From assembly GCF_009914755.1 (NCBI RefSeq), contig NC_060933.1: 64,000 nucleotides of DNA. One strand, 5' to 3'. The notes below the pieces were generated by a model. The model saw nothing but the letters and a program-made list of their open reading frames with translations. It ran no database searches and was not told the DNA's origin. The position numbers and the translations under genes were made by a program. Source of the stretch: the human T2T-CHM13v2.0 reference genome, Homo sapiens. Shown one piece after another: positions 1-14,979 of the stretch; the stretch's first letter is position 1, and the number at the start of each line of letters is the position of its first letter.

Positions 1-94
1 TCAGACCTTGGCGATGAGGCTTGAGCAGTAGGATATAAATAACTCCCACATGCTTAGCGTTCCAATAATGGAACACTAGGCATAAATAGGCTAA
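1..94 (-). mobile_element. MER85 (piggyBac/PGBD3-derived MITE), truncated by window edge
   Basis: Reverse complement CCTATTTATGCCTAGTGTTCCATTATTGGAACGCTAAGCATGTGGGAGTTATTTATATCCTACTGCTCAAG...CATCGCCAAGGTCTGA matches the recalled MER85 5' end. TIR 78-90; degenerate TTAA target (CTAA 91-94). Confidence 0.85.
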
Positions 95-121
95 GTTGAT
101 ATCCTTAGAAAAGTTTAATCA

Positions 122-439
<318 letters not shown>

Positions 440-624
440 TTATTCTGGCTGATTAAATATTACTAAATTTTTTTAACATTCCACTAAATCAATGATAAAT
501 TTAAACCTGTTACATACACTACAGGTAAATTTTCTCATTTTAACTCATGAAATGATTGACATTTAACAATATTTATATCATAACCACCCACAGTGGCTAA
601 AAGTTCACTACCTATATAACAATC

Positions 625-860
625 CAATTAGAGGTTAAGAACAAAGTTTCTGGACCCGGACTGTCTAGGTTCAAATCACACTCTGCCATTAAACAACTGT
701 GAAACCTTAGGCAAGTTATAATCTCTCTGGACTCAGTTTCATCTCTAAAATGGAAGTAACAGTACTTATCTTACATGTTGTTTGGAGGATTCAATGACTT
801 AATATATATGAAATGGTTTGAACAACACTTGGCATATAATAAGCACTATACAAGTGTTAG
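625..860 (+). mobile_element. MIR
   Basis: MIR core GGTTCAAATC..CTCTGCCA..CTGTGA.ACCTTAGGCAAGTTA..CTCAGTTTC..AAAATGG. Confidence 0.75.
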
Positions 861-1036
861 ATGCTGCATTATTTGGTTCAAAATTTTTAACAAAGACAAG
901 CTAACACCACCTCATGCTTTAAAAAGAATGCTCATTCAAGAGACTGTTTATTGAAGATATTATTTATAATCAAAAACTTTCTACTTTTACAAAAACTAGA
1001 ATTGCATTAAAATATACAACGCACAATCTCACATAC

Positions 1037-1142
1037 CTGTTTGGAATACAAGTTCTTTCCCTCCTACACCTGCTGCCTCTAGGTTAATGAATGCACGAAT
1101 CAAGCTAGCCCAGGGGTGCTGAGTAATGAAACCATGACTGGC
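1037..1142 (-). CDS. ERMP1: ERMP1 coding exon 4 (106 nt); gene continues beyond window start
   Basis: Acceptor tttaag|GCC, donor G|GTATGT. Encodes [35 protein letters not shown](G), with the M28 NLE zinc ligand. Confidence 0.96.
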
Positions 1143-1374
1143 CTTAAAGAGAAGGAAAGAAAACAAATATTTGTTAAACAATCTTAAATTATCAGTCTTG
1201 ATTTTGCTTAAACACAGAGAGACTACTTTGATGAGGTAAGGAATATGAAAACAAAATAATCGCTCTTCAAAGGCAGTATCCAAAGACATCTTCTGCTTCT
1301 TTTCCTATGCATAATGGCCATGCACATCAGGTTCGGAAAGTCACCTATCACAGAAGGCAGCCTGGTGACCATCA

Positions 1375-1841
<467 letters not shown>

Positions 1842-2232
1842 CCCTTCTCTTTTTAAAAAGAAAGAAAAAAAAGAGAACAGGAGAAGAGACGATCCATATG
1901 GCTGGGCATTTATTTGTGCCTGTCTCAAAACATCTCTGAAACTTCAATGTCAAAGAAAACCTGAGGAGAGTAATTATGCCAGCGAGAGCCCTTCTCTCAA
2001 TCAAATCCTGCCACAATAATCTGCTAAGTGGAGTTTTCCAAATATTAAACATCTCTACATAAGTGGTTGTGAATTTGTTAAAGTACTGCTCATAAAGTAT
2101 TTTTCTGCATATTATTTTATACTACCCACAGGAGTCATAAAAAATGCATTTACTATTTAGTAAATAATATTTAGCTATTATTATTAATCTCATCCTTATT
2201 CAAGCCTGATATTTAAAACAGTAAAATCTCAC

Positions 2233-2360
2233 TTGCAAGACATTTTCCTCAGCACCATTAAAGAGAAATATGACAGCATGATGCAAGGCTTCTGAAGATG
2301 TTGACAAGACGCGAAGGACTTCCAGCATCACTGAGCAGCTAACTGCATCATCACTGGCAC
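2233..2360 (-). CDS. ERMP1: ERMP1 coding exon 3 (128 nt; not in ORF track)
   Basis: Acceptor ttgaag|GT, donor CAA|GTGAGA. Encodes [43 protein letters not shown], with the M28 GAxDD and GAEE motifs. Confidence 0.96.
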
Positions 2361-4397
2361 CTTCAAATCAGAAAAACAAATTTGCTGCTCAGATTTTAAA
2401 ATGTTTACAATATGACCCATTAGGACTAGGAATGGAGCTTTCTCCTCAGAGAAGCATCACAATAGCTGCATGACCAGAAGCATAGCTCTGTCATCATCAG
2501 GTGACAATCACACCCACCAGCAGTAAGTTCCATGAAGGGATCTTTGTCTGGTTTGCTCACTGACTTACTCTCAATGCCTACTACCATGCCTGACCCACCA
2601 GAGTCACTCAATTAGTGTCTGCTAAATGAAGTAACCTGAGGGGACCTAAAGTCATACTGGAAACTGGTATTCTCAGCAAACCAAGGCAATCTGTTCTATT
2701 CTTTACCCGTATTCCACATCCTCTGTAATAGTCTCACTTCTGGTGCTCACAGCTTCCTGCATCATCTCCCACTGCACCCACTCCTTTCTTGCTTGTTTTC
2801 CTGCCAAAATCATAAAAGCTGCACAGAGAGGTCACTTTGGATGGTGTAACATTCCTTTAAGGCTTCTCCAAGGGGATTATGTGATGGAAAACTAAAAAGA
2901 AGATACCTGATCTAGTAAGTCACAGGAAAGGAGACTAATGACCTAAGTAGTATCCTAGGTCCCAGAACACACACTCAGTTGAATCTCTGAACCTCTTCTT
3001 GATTCAGAAATTTTGTATGTTAATTAAAAGTAACTATAAAGATGACTTAACTGTCTTGCTTTTTTAAAGCATTGTAAGAGACAATTAAAGGAATTGATTG
3101 GATATTTGATGATACCAAGGAATTACTGTTAGGTTTTTTTAGGTGAGGCAATTGGTGGTATCAAAAAGGGCCCTTATCTGCCAGCAACACAGAGTGAAAT
3201 ACTTTTAGAGAGGAACTGATATAGCTAAGATCTGCTTCAAAATAATCAAGAAGTTGGGAGGGTAGTGGTAGGAAAGAAACAAGATCAGACTGCTGAAGCT
3301 GGGAGATAAGTACACTGGGGTTCATTAAACAATTCTGCTTTTGAATATATTTGAAACTTTCCATATCAGAAAACTTAAAGAGTAATCAAAGTAAATAAGC
3401 ACTAACGTAACTCAGGCAGTAACATTTCTGGGTTTACACATTTGAAGCAGGGTGCCAAAGAGTTTGGCGTGGATTTGAGAGCAAGAAAGATTTGGAAGTA
3501 AATTTGAGCTCTGTCACTTTACTCCACTATTTCCTGGTTGAAAGAGCAAGCTAATGATACCTACCTCACAGGTTTAAGAGTCACACAAGATAATGCCCAG
3601 TGCCTAGCACCTGGTAGGTATTCAATGTTCATTTTTCCCTCTCTTTGCAAATCTGAGGAAGGCTCTGTAGCTAGCTAAAATTAAAATGCTTGTTTGGGCT
3701 CTGTTAAATTCCAGACCCCATTCCTACTTAAGAAGAAATTACCTATTAACCATACTTGTCTTGGTGGTGATTACTGGTTTGTATTTCAATCGAAGTGAAA
3801 CAAAGTAATAATCATTTAATTACTATCAAATAGAAAATGCTGCTATTAGCAAAATGTGTCACCTTCCAAAAACCTAATGAAATAAACTCTCTTTTTAATT
3901 TGACACTGTGAGTTACTTTAAAATAGAGAGCAAACAATAAAATGTTTCTTTATTCAAAAAGAGAGAAAGGGAAATTGAAAGGTATCTATACAGGGTTGAT
4001 TAAAAAGTTAAACTGTCCATTCAGCTTCCCTTATTTTAATGGTTCTGGTGCGTTAAAAGAGAACTACAGAAGAGTCAAATATCTTTAAGAAAGGGAAGGA
4101 AAGTTAAGAGGACAGTATCTATAAGGGCTAGGTGGTTAGCTGACATCCCTTTCCATTTAGAATTAACCTTGAAATTGAAGCCACCCCCAAAATAACTCAA
4201 TGCCTCTTCTACCAACGACCTGGAACCACACAGCAAACTCAAGAAGATAATTAAGGCTTTTCTGTGGATAACATTACTCCTAATTGGTATCAATTCCTGA
4301 GTCCTAGATACACAGATGAGAACTTAAAAAGAAAAAAAGAAAAAAGAAGTGCTTCAATTAGGCCATCCACTAAAAGGATTTAGGTGATAGTCTATTT

Positions 4398-4605
4398 CAG
4401 GGGTGTCCAATCTTTTGGCTTCCATGGGCCACATTAAGAGAAGAACTGTCTTGGGCCACATATAAAAGACACTAACACTAACAATCACTGATGAGCTAAA
4501 AAATAAAATAAAAATTGAAAAAAAAATCTCACGTTTTGAGAAAGTTTATGAATTTGTATTGGGCCACATTCAAAGCTACCCAGGACTGCAGGTTGGACAA
4601 GCTTA
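4398..4605 (+). mobile_element. MER30 (hAT-Charlie MITE)
   Basis: CAGGGGTGTCCAATCTTTTGGCTTCC...GGTTGGACAAGCTT with near-perfect 8-bp TSD gtctattt/atctattt. Confidence 0.88.
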
Positions 4606-4720
4606 ATCTATTTGATGAATGTGTGAAACACTATTTTTAACAATTTATTATTGACAGAAATTGCCTTGAGATTGTTGCTAAGGGTATTCCTATAAAATTT
4701 TAGTTAAAAGTAGGTTCTAG

Positions 4721-5295
<575 letters not shown>

Positions 5296-5381
5296 AAAAG
5301 TGGGTTCTAATGGCTCACAAAAATGCTGGCCTTTAATTATTAGACTCCACATATACAATCTGTAACATTTGGCACTATGTT

Positions 5382-6380
<999 letters not shown>

Positions 6381-7254
6381 ACTAAACCACTGGTTACCCC
6401 AGCAGCACACGAAGGTACTTCTGGCTTATTTAACAAACGTGTGTATACTGATTTTTGAAAATGCAAGTTACATTCTAAACGCAATTGTCAAGCTTTCTAA
6501 ATGAAGATATTCTAATATGAATCATTTTATCAAGCAAATAAATTTTACTTACATTTTGTATAACTCTAGACGTTCAAATTTGGCCTGCTATAAGTTCGAG
6601 TAATCCAGAAGTGTTAATATTACATAAGAGTTAATAAAAACTTTTAAAAATCACTTTCCATGCCAGGTACTATTTTAGCGTTTTACTTATTTTTAATCCT
6701 CCAAGCAACACTATTAGGAAAGTACTATTATTTTCTCCATTACACAGATGAGAAACTAAGAAGTTAAGCAATTTGCAAAAGGGAGTATTAATTACACCCT
6801 AATATTCTTTTTCCTTTCAAATGTAGCTGAAAGAACTGACTGGCCAGGAAATCCAGCATCTTATCCTAGTTTTGTCTCTGATCAGCGATGACCAGCTAGC
6901 TAAATGTACTCCTGTATCAAATGAGGGGTTCAGCCAGATGCCATCTCAGGTCTTGTCTACCACTAAAATGCTATGCCATTGTAAATGCTATTTTCCATCC
7001 CTATTTACAATCCCTTTAACCACTGAATACAATTTTCTGAAAAATAAATATTTTAATAAATGGAAGTTCAATTTAGGGGATTCCCATTCATTTGACAAAT
7101 ATATACTGCATCAGGCACTGTCCTAAATGCAAGTATTCTATTTTGCCAAATGATTTTCAGAGAAAGATTTACACATTAATTAGGTACTTTAACAGTATGG
7201 CACCCTCAGTGGAGCAAAATTCTCACTTTATAGGTCAACAGAATCTGCTAGAAG

Positions 7255-7441
7255 AGATATCCGCCAACCCGCAGCCCAGGACAGCTTTGAATGCAGCCCA
7301 ATACAAATTTGTAAACTTTCTTAAAACATGAGATTTTTTTTTTAAGCTCATCAGCCATCATTAGTGTATATTATGTGTGGCCCATGACAATTCTTCTTCT
7401 TCCAATGTGGCCCAGGGCAGCCAAAAGATTGGACACCCCTG
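7255..7441 (-). mobile_element. MER30 (second copy, inverted)
   Basis: Ends ...CCAAAAGATTGGACACCCCTG, the reverse complement of the MER30 5' TIR. Confidence 0.85.
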
Positions 7442-7867
7442 CTCTAAAACCATGCAGTAACCCTTGAAGGCAGGGACTGTCCTTATGTGGTATCCCCAAA
7501 GCCTAGTATAACACCCAGCTGAGTAAAACACTTTCTAAGTGTCAGAACCTAACTCCAGGACACTAGGACACACACACTGTCTGGTAACATTGAGAAAGCT
7601 GCTTCAGTCTACCAGAAACATTCCAAGTCTTATCACTGGGCTGCTGGCATTAACACCAAAAAATAATATTAATAAAGCACTTAAGAGAAGACAGAATGGT
7701 TAGATCCTAAACTAAATGATACTATCCTAATTATCCTGCTTTCCATCACAAAGAAAAAAGGTTTGCCCAAGAAAATGGTCCCCACAATTGCCCAAGTAGC
7801 TTGGGGTTATGTTAATAAACTTTCTGGGCTGTGACAAGTTCCAAATGACTAAAAAACAGGTACATAC

Positions 7868-8169
7868 CTGGTGAGTTTGCTACTGAGTCAAAATGACAAT
7901 TAGCCAAGACAGCATGCTGGGCTCCATCTCTGGGTTCCAGCTTTACCACAACATTGGTGATGTTGTCATAATAGCTTGTAAAACCTCCCAAGAAATCAAT
8001 GCTAAAAGAGCCTGTGGGCCGTTGTACATCTACTGAAATCTTATGAAGGCTGTTGCTTTGCACTTCAATCAGTTTAATCTGTTCCAAAAGGTAGTGCACG
8101 GTCAGAATTTCATTTTCTGGACTTCCTGTAGTCCTGGGGCCAATGGAGGTTATGTGTTCAAGATAATCC
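7868..8169 (-). CDS. ERMP1: ERMP1 coding exon 2 (302 nt)
   Basis: Acceptor ttccag|G, donor G|GTATGT. Encodes [16 protein letters not shown]...[13 protein letters not shown](G), including the M28 HxD zinc ligand. Phase matches exon 1. Confidence 0.97.
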
Positions 8170-8464
8170 CTGGAAGTAACCAAAAGAATAACAAAGGTTT
8201 GTAGTTAAAATTGACACTTAGCGTGGGTAACTTTTCCACTACACACCCCTTCCTCCCCAAAAAAGCTTAGTTCTTTGCCTTATATAAAAGGGACCGCCTT
8301 TCATTATTTCAGACACCAAGTGAACATCACTTATAAAGTTCCATATTTTTATTGTTGCCTCCCACGAGTTGACCCCTTCAGTTTTCTCCACCATCCCACT
8401 CCCAACTTCTCCCCATATCAAACCAATACAAGGACTAGGGATGTATTCAAAACGTGTGACCACT

Positions 8465-8764
8465 GGCCAGGCACGGTGGCTCACGCCTGTAATCCCAGGA
8501 CTTTCGGAGGCTGAGGTGGGTGGATTGCTTGAGCTCAGGAGTTTGAGACCAGCCTGGGCAACATGGTGAAACCCCATCTCTTCTAAAACTACAAAAACTA
8601 GCCAGATGTAGACTACTATCCGCCTGTAGTCCCAGCTACTCAAGAGGCTGAGGTGGGAGGACTGCTTGAACCTGGGAGGTGGAGGCTACAGACCCGAGAT
8701 GGAGCCACTGCACTCCAGCCTGGGCGACAGAGCCAGGCCCTGTCTCAGAAAACAAACAAAAAAA
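8465..8764 (+). mobile_element. Alu
   Basis: Full dimeric Alu in ERMP1 intron 1. Confidence 0.92.
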
Positions 8765-9649
8765 GCTAAAGACTAAGCAGGATAGAATATAACTTCACTG
8801 TGCATACTCCTGAACGTTACAGATTCTGGGTTAATGACTTTAAGTAGCAGAAACCAATGAGCAAAAATAATCAAGTCAAGAGGTTAAATAAGGCGGGCGG
8901 GGGAAACTTTTGATGGACCTAGCCCTCCTAGCATACACCCAAGGTCTAATAACTTCAATTCAGGCCAAAACCAACTGTACCCCTAATGAAAACAAAACTG
9001 TTTTTGTCTTTTCACTGCATTCCAAGTGGGGAAAGCTGGAAGTGGGGGTGGGAGACGTTTCAGAAAGTCCTTAATAAGCTTGCAACACTTTGCATTCTAG
9101 CAAAAACTTTTTAGAACACAGTAGCTGTTGAAAACTTGACGCCAGCTTAACACTTCATGAGCTTTGACACACCTGGGTTACAATATCTTTGACTTAATCA
9201 CCTTTCCTAGCATTCTTAAAGGTCTTAAAAAAAAAAAAAAAAGTCAAACCTTACACAGTCACTAATCCAAGGGGCCTAAAGATAAACTGCAGGGATCTGA
9301 GAATTTATCAGACTGCATACCAAATTTTGACTGGGCGGTGTTCCAGAAAGAGTTTCTATAGCCTTCAGATGTGGGGGCTGTAACCCTCAGAAAGTTAGAA
9401 CAGTGCACTAGCGCCTTCCAAAACTCCCCGCCCCCAAAGCGAATTTATACAACAGTCTAGGTACACAAATTTCCATCTGGAAAGCAGAAGGGCTAAGCAA
9501 GGTAAAAAGGGGAAGCTGTTCCAGAATATGGGGAGACGACTCACAACCAACCATCTGCACGAAGGGCAGACAGTGGAAAGCAGGTTCAATCTACCTGGCA
9601 ACCCCAATCTGCACCACGAGCTTAACCGGGGACAGGCAAGCCCCAAGTC

Positions 9650-10420
9650 CCGGCAATTCAGACCCCAGAAGAAGGACAAGCAAGGTCACCCCACCCCACG
9701 TGCAGCCTGGGAGGGGTCAGCGAGTCCCAGCGGTCCGGCAGGGGCGGGTGCACACAGGTGCGGTGCCCCGGAGCCTGCGCAGGAGCCGCAAACGGACGCG
9801 CGGGCCGTGCCAGGAGGGAGCGGCCGGTACCTGGCTTGGAGCGCGTCGAACTCCCCGCGGTGTCCAGCGGCCCCGCGTAGCACGAGCTGCTGCAGCGAGA
9901 GCTGCACCAGCGTCCGCAGCGCGATCAGGTAGAGCGCGAGCCCCAGCGCGGCGCGCACCTCAGACAGCCCGGTCCCCGCGCCCCTGCTCGCGCCGCCGCT
10001 ACCCCCGGGGCTCCTCTTCCGCGTCCTCCCGCCGCCGCTGCACCCATCCACCAGAGGCTCCTGCGCTCCGGCCTCCCTCTCCGGCGGTGGCGCGGCCGCC
10101 GCTCCCTCTCGACGCTCTACTCCGACGCGGTGCCGCCTCACAGCAGCCGACTCAGAACCCCACTCCATGGCCACGAGCCTCAGCTGCCAGCCCAACCGCC
10201 CCAACCCGCGACAGCCCCGGCCGCCGCCGACGCCGCCGTCGCTGCCGCAGCGCCTCCTAGTGAGCGGACGGAAACTGCAGAGGGCCAAACTTCTTCTGAT
10301 TGGCCCGTCCCGCCGCGCCAAGACCCAGCTTCTTTGGCAGTTCTCGGGTGCACACAGCTGCAGGGCCGACCCAGCAGCGGGTGGTGGATATGCCGTCTCC
10401 CGCAGGGCTTTTCCAGCCCT
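9650..10420 (-). promoter_or_regulatory. ERMP1: CpG island / TATA-less ERMP1 promoter
   Basis: Very high GC and CpG density over exon 1. CCAAT box (GGCCAATCAG on minus, core 10299-10303), GC-box-like runs, CTCF-like TCACTAGGAGGCGC (minus, 10250-10263). Confidence 0.9.
9831..10168 (-). CDS. ERMP1: ERMP1 coding exon 1 (338 nt; N-terminal cytosolic region and first TM helix)
   Basis: ATG at 10168 in strong Kozak context (GCCATGG). Translates MEWGSESAAVRRHRVGVERR...AALGLALYLIALRTLVQLSL...FDALQA(R). Donor AG|GTACCG at 9831/9830. Confidence 0.97.
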
Positions 10421-11269
10421 CTGTAGGACGGAGATTGCCAAATGTAAAGACACCTAAAAACCCAAAACGAGAAAAATGAGAGATCGCTTTTGAAAGAACA
10501 CACAAGGCTCTTACAGTGCATCAGGCAGATGAAAAAAGCAATGACCTGGCTTTCGTAAGGAAGGAATATTAGAACATCAGGCTCCAAAAAAGTGGGTTCC
10601 TGGCTCTTAAAATTAGAAATAAGATTACGCAGAGGAGGCCCGGCCTATTGCTTTCACATGCATAATCTAATCAGATCTTCATAACTCAGCAACTTAATCT
10701 GTGCTATTACTGTCTCCATTTAACAGATAAAGAAAAATAATGGCTATTATTTATTGAATACCTGCTATGAGCTAAGCGCTAGGTCAAGTCCTTTAATACA
10801 TCATCTTATTTAATTATCTTTAACAATACTTAAAAGGAAATATCTTTGTTCCCATTTTATAACCTGAGAAACGTAGAGATAACAGATGAAGAATGTAAAT
10901 CTAATTTCATGGGCTCCCAAAACAGCATTCTGTTCCACTACTACATTAGCACTCTGCAAGTGAAGGTTCAGAAAGGCCATTCTTCACTTGACGACTCTCT
11001 GGGGCGGTTAAGCAGCAGAGCCTTGGTTTCAGTGCAGATCCTAGTGATTATCTAGTCTTCTTCCAGCTTGCCGGTACCCATGAGCCTCTCTGCTCCAAGG
11101 TTTTTTGTCCCTAGCTTGGAGTTGCTACATTAGCATGAGCATTAACCTAGAGACCAACTGGGAGAGCACACTGCCGGATTTTGACTTAGCACATATGTCA
11201 GATTTCATACAATGCCCTATAGTCCTGCTCTTGCCCACCTCTCAGGCTCCTCTGACACCAGGATGCTTC

Positions 11270-11665
11270 TTATTTCCAGCTCTCCAGCCACACTGGCCTC
11301 TTTCAAAGACTTCCTGCACGCATCTTTCCTTCTACAATAGGATCTTCTCACATGCTGTTTGAATTACCTGGAGTGTTCTTCTCTCTCCTCATTGTCTTTT
11401 TAACTCCTAGTTATCCTTTAAATCTCAGATTAAGTGGTACTTCCTCAAGCAAGAATCTCCTAATTTAATTAAGCTTGCTTCCCCTATTTGTAGGATCTCA
11501 CAGCACCATGTTTGCATGTGACTATTTCATAACTTCCTCATTAGACTGTAAGCCCCACGAAGGCAGGAATCAGGTCTGGTTTTACTCACCATTTTATTCC
11601 TTGCTCTTAACACAAAGCATGACACATAGTATGTAGTCAATAGATATTTCTTGAGTGAATGAAAA
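11270..11665 (+). mobile_element. L2 3' end remnant
   Basis: TAGACTGTAAGCCCCACGAAGGCAGG...CACATAGTATGTAGTCAATAGATATTTCTTGAGTGAATGAA. Confidence 0.75.
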
Positions 11666-11838
11666 AATGAAAACATACCACTTTTGTGGCAGCAAGCATA
11701 ATTTTAGCTCTACAAGATCCCTTTCAGTCTGTAAGCACTATGAGACTAAAGACAGTGTCTATCTTATTTAATCATCACTGTATCCATAGTGCTTAGCTCT
11801 GGATAAGAGCCTAGCCCATGGTCATAACTATATGTATG

Positions 11839-11844
<6 letters not shown>

Positions 11845-11896
<52 letters not shown>
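11845..11896. repeat. (TG)26 microsatellite
   Basis: Direct read. Confidence 0.97.
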
Positions 11897-11901
<5 letters not shown>

Positions 11902-12093
11902 CTGACAATATCCCATGGTACCATAATAGGGAAATGCCTGGCTGCCTGGCTGTTGGGGACGGGTAGATCTGAGTTCCTGGATCTGGTACCTTTAGTACAC
12001 ATGGCATTATTCAAGTTACAATCTCACAGAGTCCACGTGTATTTATCTGTGGTAATGCAGATGATACCTGCCTTAAGGGGCTTCAGTGAGGAT

Positions 12094-12135
12094 TAGATAG
12101 ATAGACAGATGATAGATAGATAGATGGATAGATAG

Positions 12136-12180
<45 letters not shown>
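12094..12180. repeat. Compound (GATA)n-(TG)22 microsatellite
   Basis: Direct read. Confidence 0.97.
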
Positions 12181-12185
<5 letters not shown>

Positions 12186-12399
12186 TCCTCACATAAGATT
12201 CTCATTAAAAACTATTTTTCAGAATTTTCCTTCTCATGAAATCCTTTGTAGATTAGATTAAAAGCTACTTTCCTATCATGATAATCATAGAACTCTAGGT
12301 GGTAGGAGTTAAGTTACAGCTGAGTTCCTGAAAGGCAGTTTTTCTCTATACTTGTATAGTCTACGGTATTCACGTTTGAATATTTTTAGCTACTAGTTG

Positions 12400-12920
12400 T
12401 TGGATATCTACTTGTGTCAGATACTGATTAAGGTGGAGAAACAGAGAAGAACAAATCAATGTTTCTACCTTCAGAGAGCTTACATTCTAACAAAGAGACA
12501 ATGAACGCGCGCGCGCATGTGTGTGTGTGTATAAAATGTCAGAGAGTTAAGTGCCATAAAGAAAAATAAAGCAGGGAAATTGAGACTGACAAAAGCTGCT
12601 GTTTTATTAGGGTGATCAGAGATGGTCTCACAGTCTCTCTGAGAAGATGACATTTGAGGTGACCTGAATGAAGTGAGGAACAGGGCCACATAAGCCTGGG
12701 GAGAGAATGTTCCAGCAGAGGAAAGTGAGCTGGGATGTTCAGAGGCAACGTCGAATAAGGCATGCACTAAAGCAGACTGAGCCAGGAGCCCTGGTAGATG
12801 TGAGGTGACAGAGGTGGGTAGGAGCCAGTGCAAGGAAGGCCTCCTGGCCCTGGTGAGGACTCTGGGGTGGTTTTGAGCAGTGAAAGGTCATGCTTTAGGT
12901 GATGTTATATAAGATCACTC
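12400..12920 (-). mobile_element. L2 remnant
   Basis: GAGAAGATGACATTTGAGGTGACCTGAATGAAGTGAGGA...GAGAATGTTCCAGCAGAGG pattern. Confidence 0.7.
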
Positions 12921-14979
12921 AGTCTCCATCCCAGGCAGAGCAGCACAGTGACCACATCTAGAACATATAGGCTTATAAAACACTTTGATAATGTCTGGTC
13001 TTTGAAGTGTTCAAAGCCAGTTTGATCTATAATTTTATTTGTGTTAAAAGTAGACCACAGTGAATTGGAACACATGCTCTAGTTCTCACATATCAAATCC
13101 CTGATAAGGATGAGGAACAGATAAATGTGAAAGGTTGTGGCTGCCCCGTCTGGTGAGCTATTGATCATGGGGTTGAGTCAACTCATCTGACTTGGCAGGC
13201 AGTTATGCTTGTGTCTCCCTTTATGACAAAGTAAGAGCTAAACTGACTGACAGACATAGAGATGTCCCATGTCCCTTCTGTCTTGCCATCTTTTCAGTAT
13301 TTCCTAGTAGTTTGGCCAAGGTAAGTGGAAGGACATATGAGCTGTCAGGATTCAGGTGAACTGCCAGTTTCTGTCTTCCCCACAGGTCATTCCATAGCCA
13401 ATTTGCCGTAGAAGAAAACCATAGCCTGTGTACTTTCTTCCTTGGAAGAGAGGCTACCAGTGTATCTGGTGAAGTTCTCTGAGGCTCAGGCTAGCAGAAG
13501 GATGCCTTTTACATGATGTTACAGTGACATTCAAATCAGGTGAGGTACCAAGCCAAGAGATGAGAAGTGAGCCCAAACCAGTTGCAGAAAAAAGAAGCAG
13601 TTGTCAAAAGCTGACAGGCAGAGCAAGTCAAAACCAAGTGCAAGGATTCCAAACGTGGAAGAGTTTATGGGTAAATGTAGCTAGGTGCTGTTGCGGATAG
13701 CTTGGTTTTCTGTGCTCACTGAGGTGGTATGAGAGTGAACCAGCTTTGTTTAAAGGTTCAGGGTACACCATCAGTTTTTTTAGGTTTTTGTTTGTTTGTT
13801 TGTTTAGATCCCTTAAGGCTAAAGCTTGGGCGTCAGGGTGCTGTTGGACAATTGATCTTTCCAACTCTGAAGCTCTGAAATGGAACATTCAGGAACTGGT
13901 GACAATGGTCAGCTCCACGGATCACCTCCAACAAGCCAGGAAACCTGGGGGCTGACAGTGCTGGCAAGAAAGGGCATTCTAAAAGGCACATGAGCCAGAT
14001 CTGTAAATCTTCAGAGCTTTTCTACCCCCATGAGCTTAACGGGCCTTGGAGCCTAGGGAGAGGGTAATTGCACTCTACTTTTAACCCCCCCTCAAATTCT
14101 GGGCTGGTCCCCTGTGTTTTCTAGGTCCCTGTATCTAGGTAGGCACAGAGAAGTTAGAGAACAAGCCTGGCTGCATTGCTAGCTGAAGCCACTATGTCAG
14201 TTTACCTTTTTTCCATGGCCTAGTAGAAAAGAGATTCTCTGATTCTGGAATACTCTATATTCATCTTAAAAGCCTTTCTGAAACAAATGGGGTTGAGACG
14301 ATTGGTTATTTTCTCTTTTTTTAGAGACAGGTTCTAACTATGTTGCCTAGGCTGGACTTGAACTCCTGACCTCAAGCAATACTGCTGCCTTAGCCTCCCA
14401 AGTAACTGGTACTATAGGTGTGCCACTGCACCTGGCCAATTGGTTCTTTAGGGGAAAAAAATCAAATTAGAACCTCATACCATATTACACACACATCCAC
14501 ACACACCCACAATATTCAAGTACAATTCAGAATCAAATATCAACAACTTTTTAACTAGTACAAAAATAAGATGAATATAATTAAATATTTATAATAATCA
14601 AGACTCAAAAGTACAAGGACTCTTTAATCAAAAGACAAGTGGAAGATATCATAAAGGGAAAAATCACATATTGGCTACACAAAATTAAAAACTTCTATAC
14701 ATCAAAAACAGTCACCAAAAAGATGAAAAGTCAAATGACAAATGGAGGACATGATTTTCAAAAAACGTTTTTCAAAAAGGGGATAATATGTGTTATATAC
14801 ATTATTCTTTCTCACTCTTTCTGTTCGTGTGTGTGTGTATATGCATGCGTGCACAAAAATCGGTAAGAAAAATATCAACGCCTCAATAGAAAAACATGTA
14901 AACCATTCACTTTTTGTAGCAAAGGAATGCATGTGAAAATGTGGACCATTTTTATCACATTGAAAAAGCATTTTTTCAC

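Noticed and set aside
10285-10310. Possible ER-stress element at the CCAAT box
   Set aside because: ERSE needs CCAAT-N9-CCACG and ERSE-II needs ATTGG-N-CCACG. The sequence gives TTTGG and CCGTC respectively.
9528-10457. Long + strand ORFs (134, 186, 98, 96 aa) over exon 1
   Set aside because: They are antisense to real coding sequence in a CpG island, where stop codons are rare. The products are low-complexity Arg/Pro/Ala with no recognisable domain.
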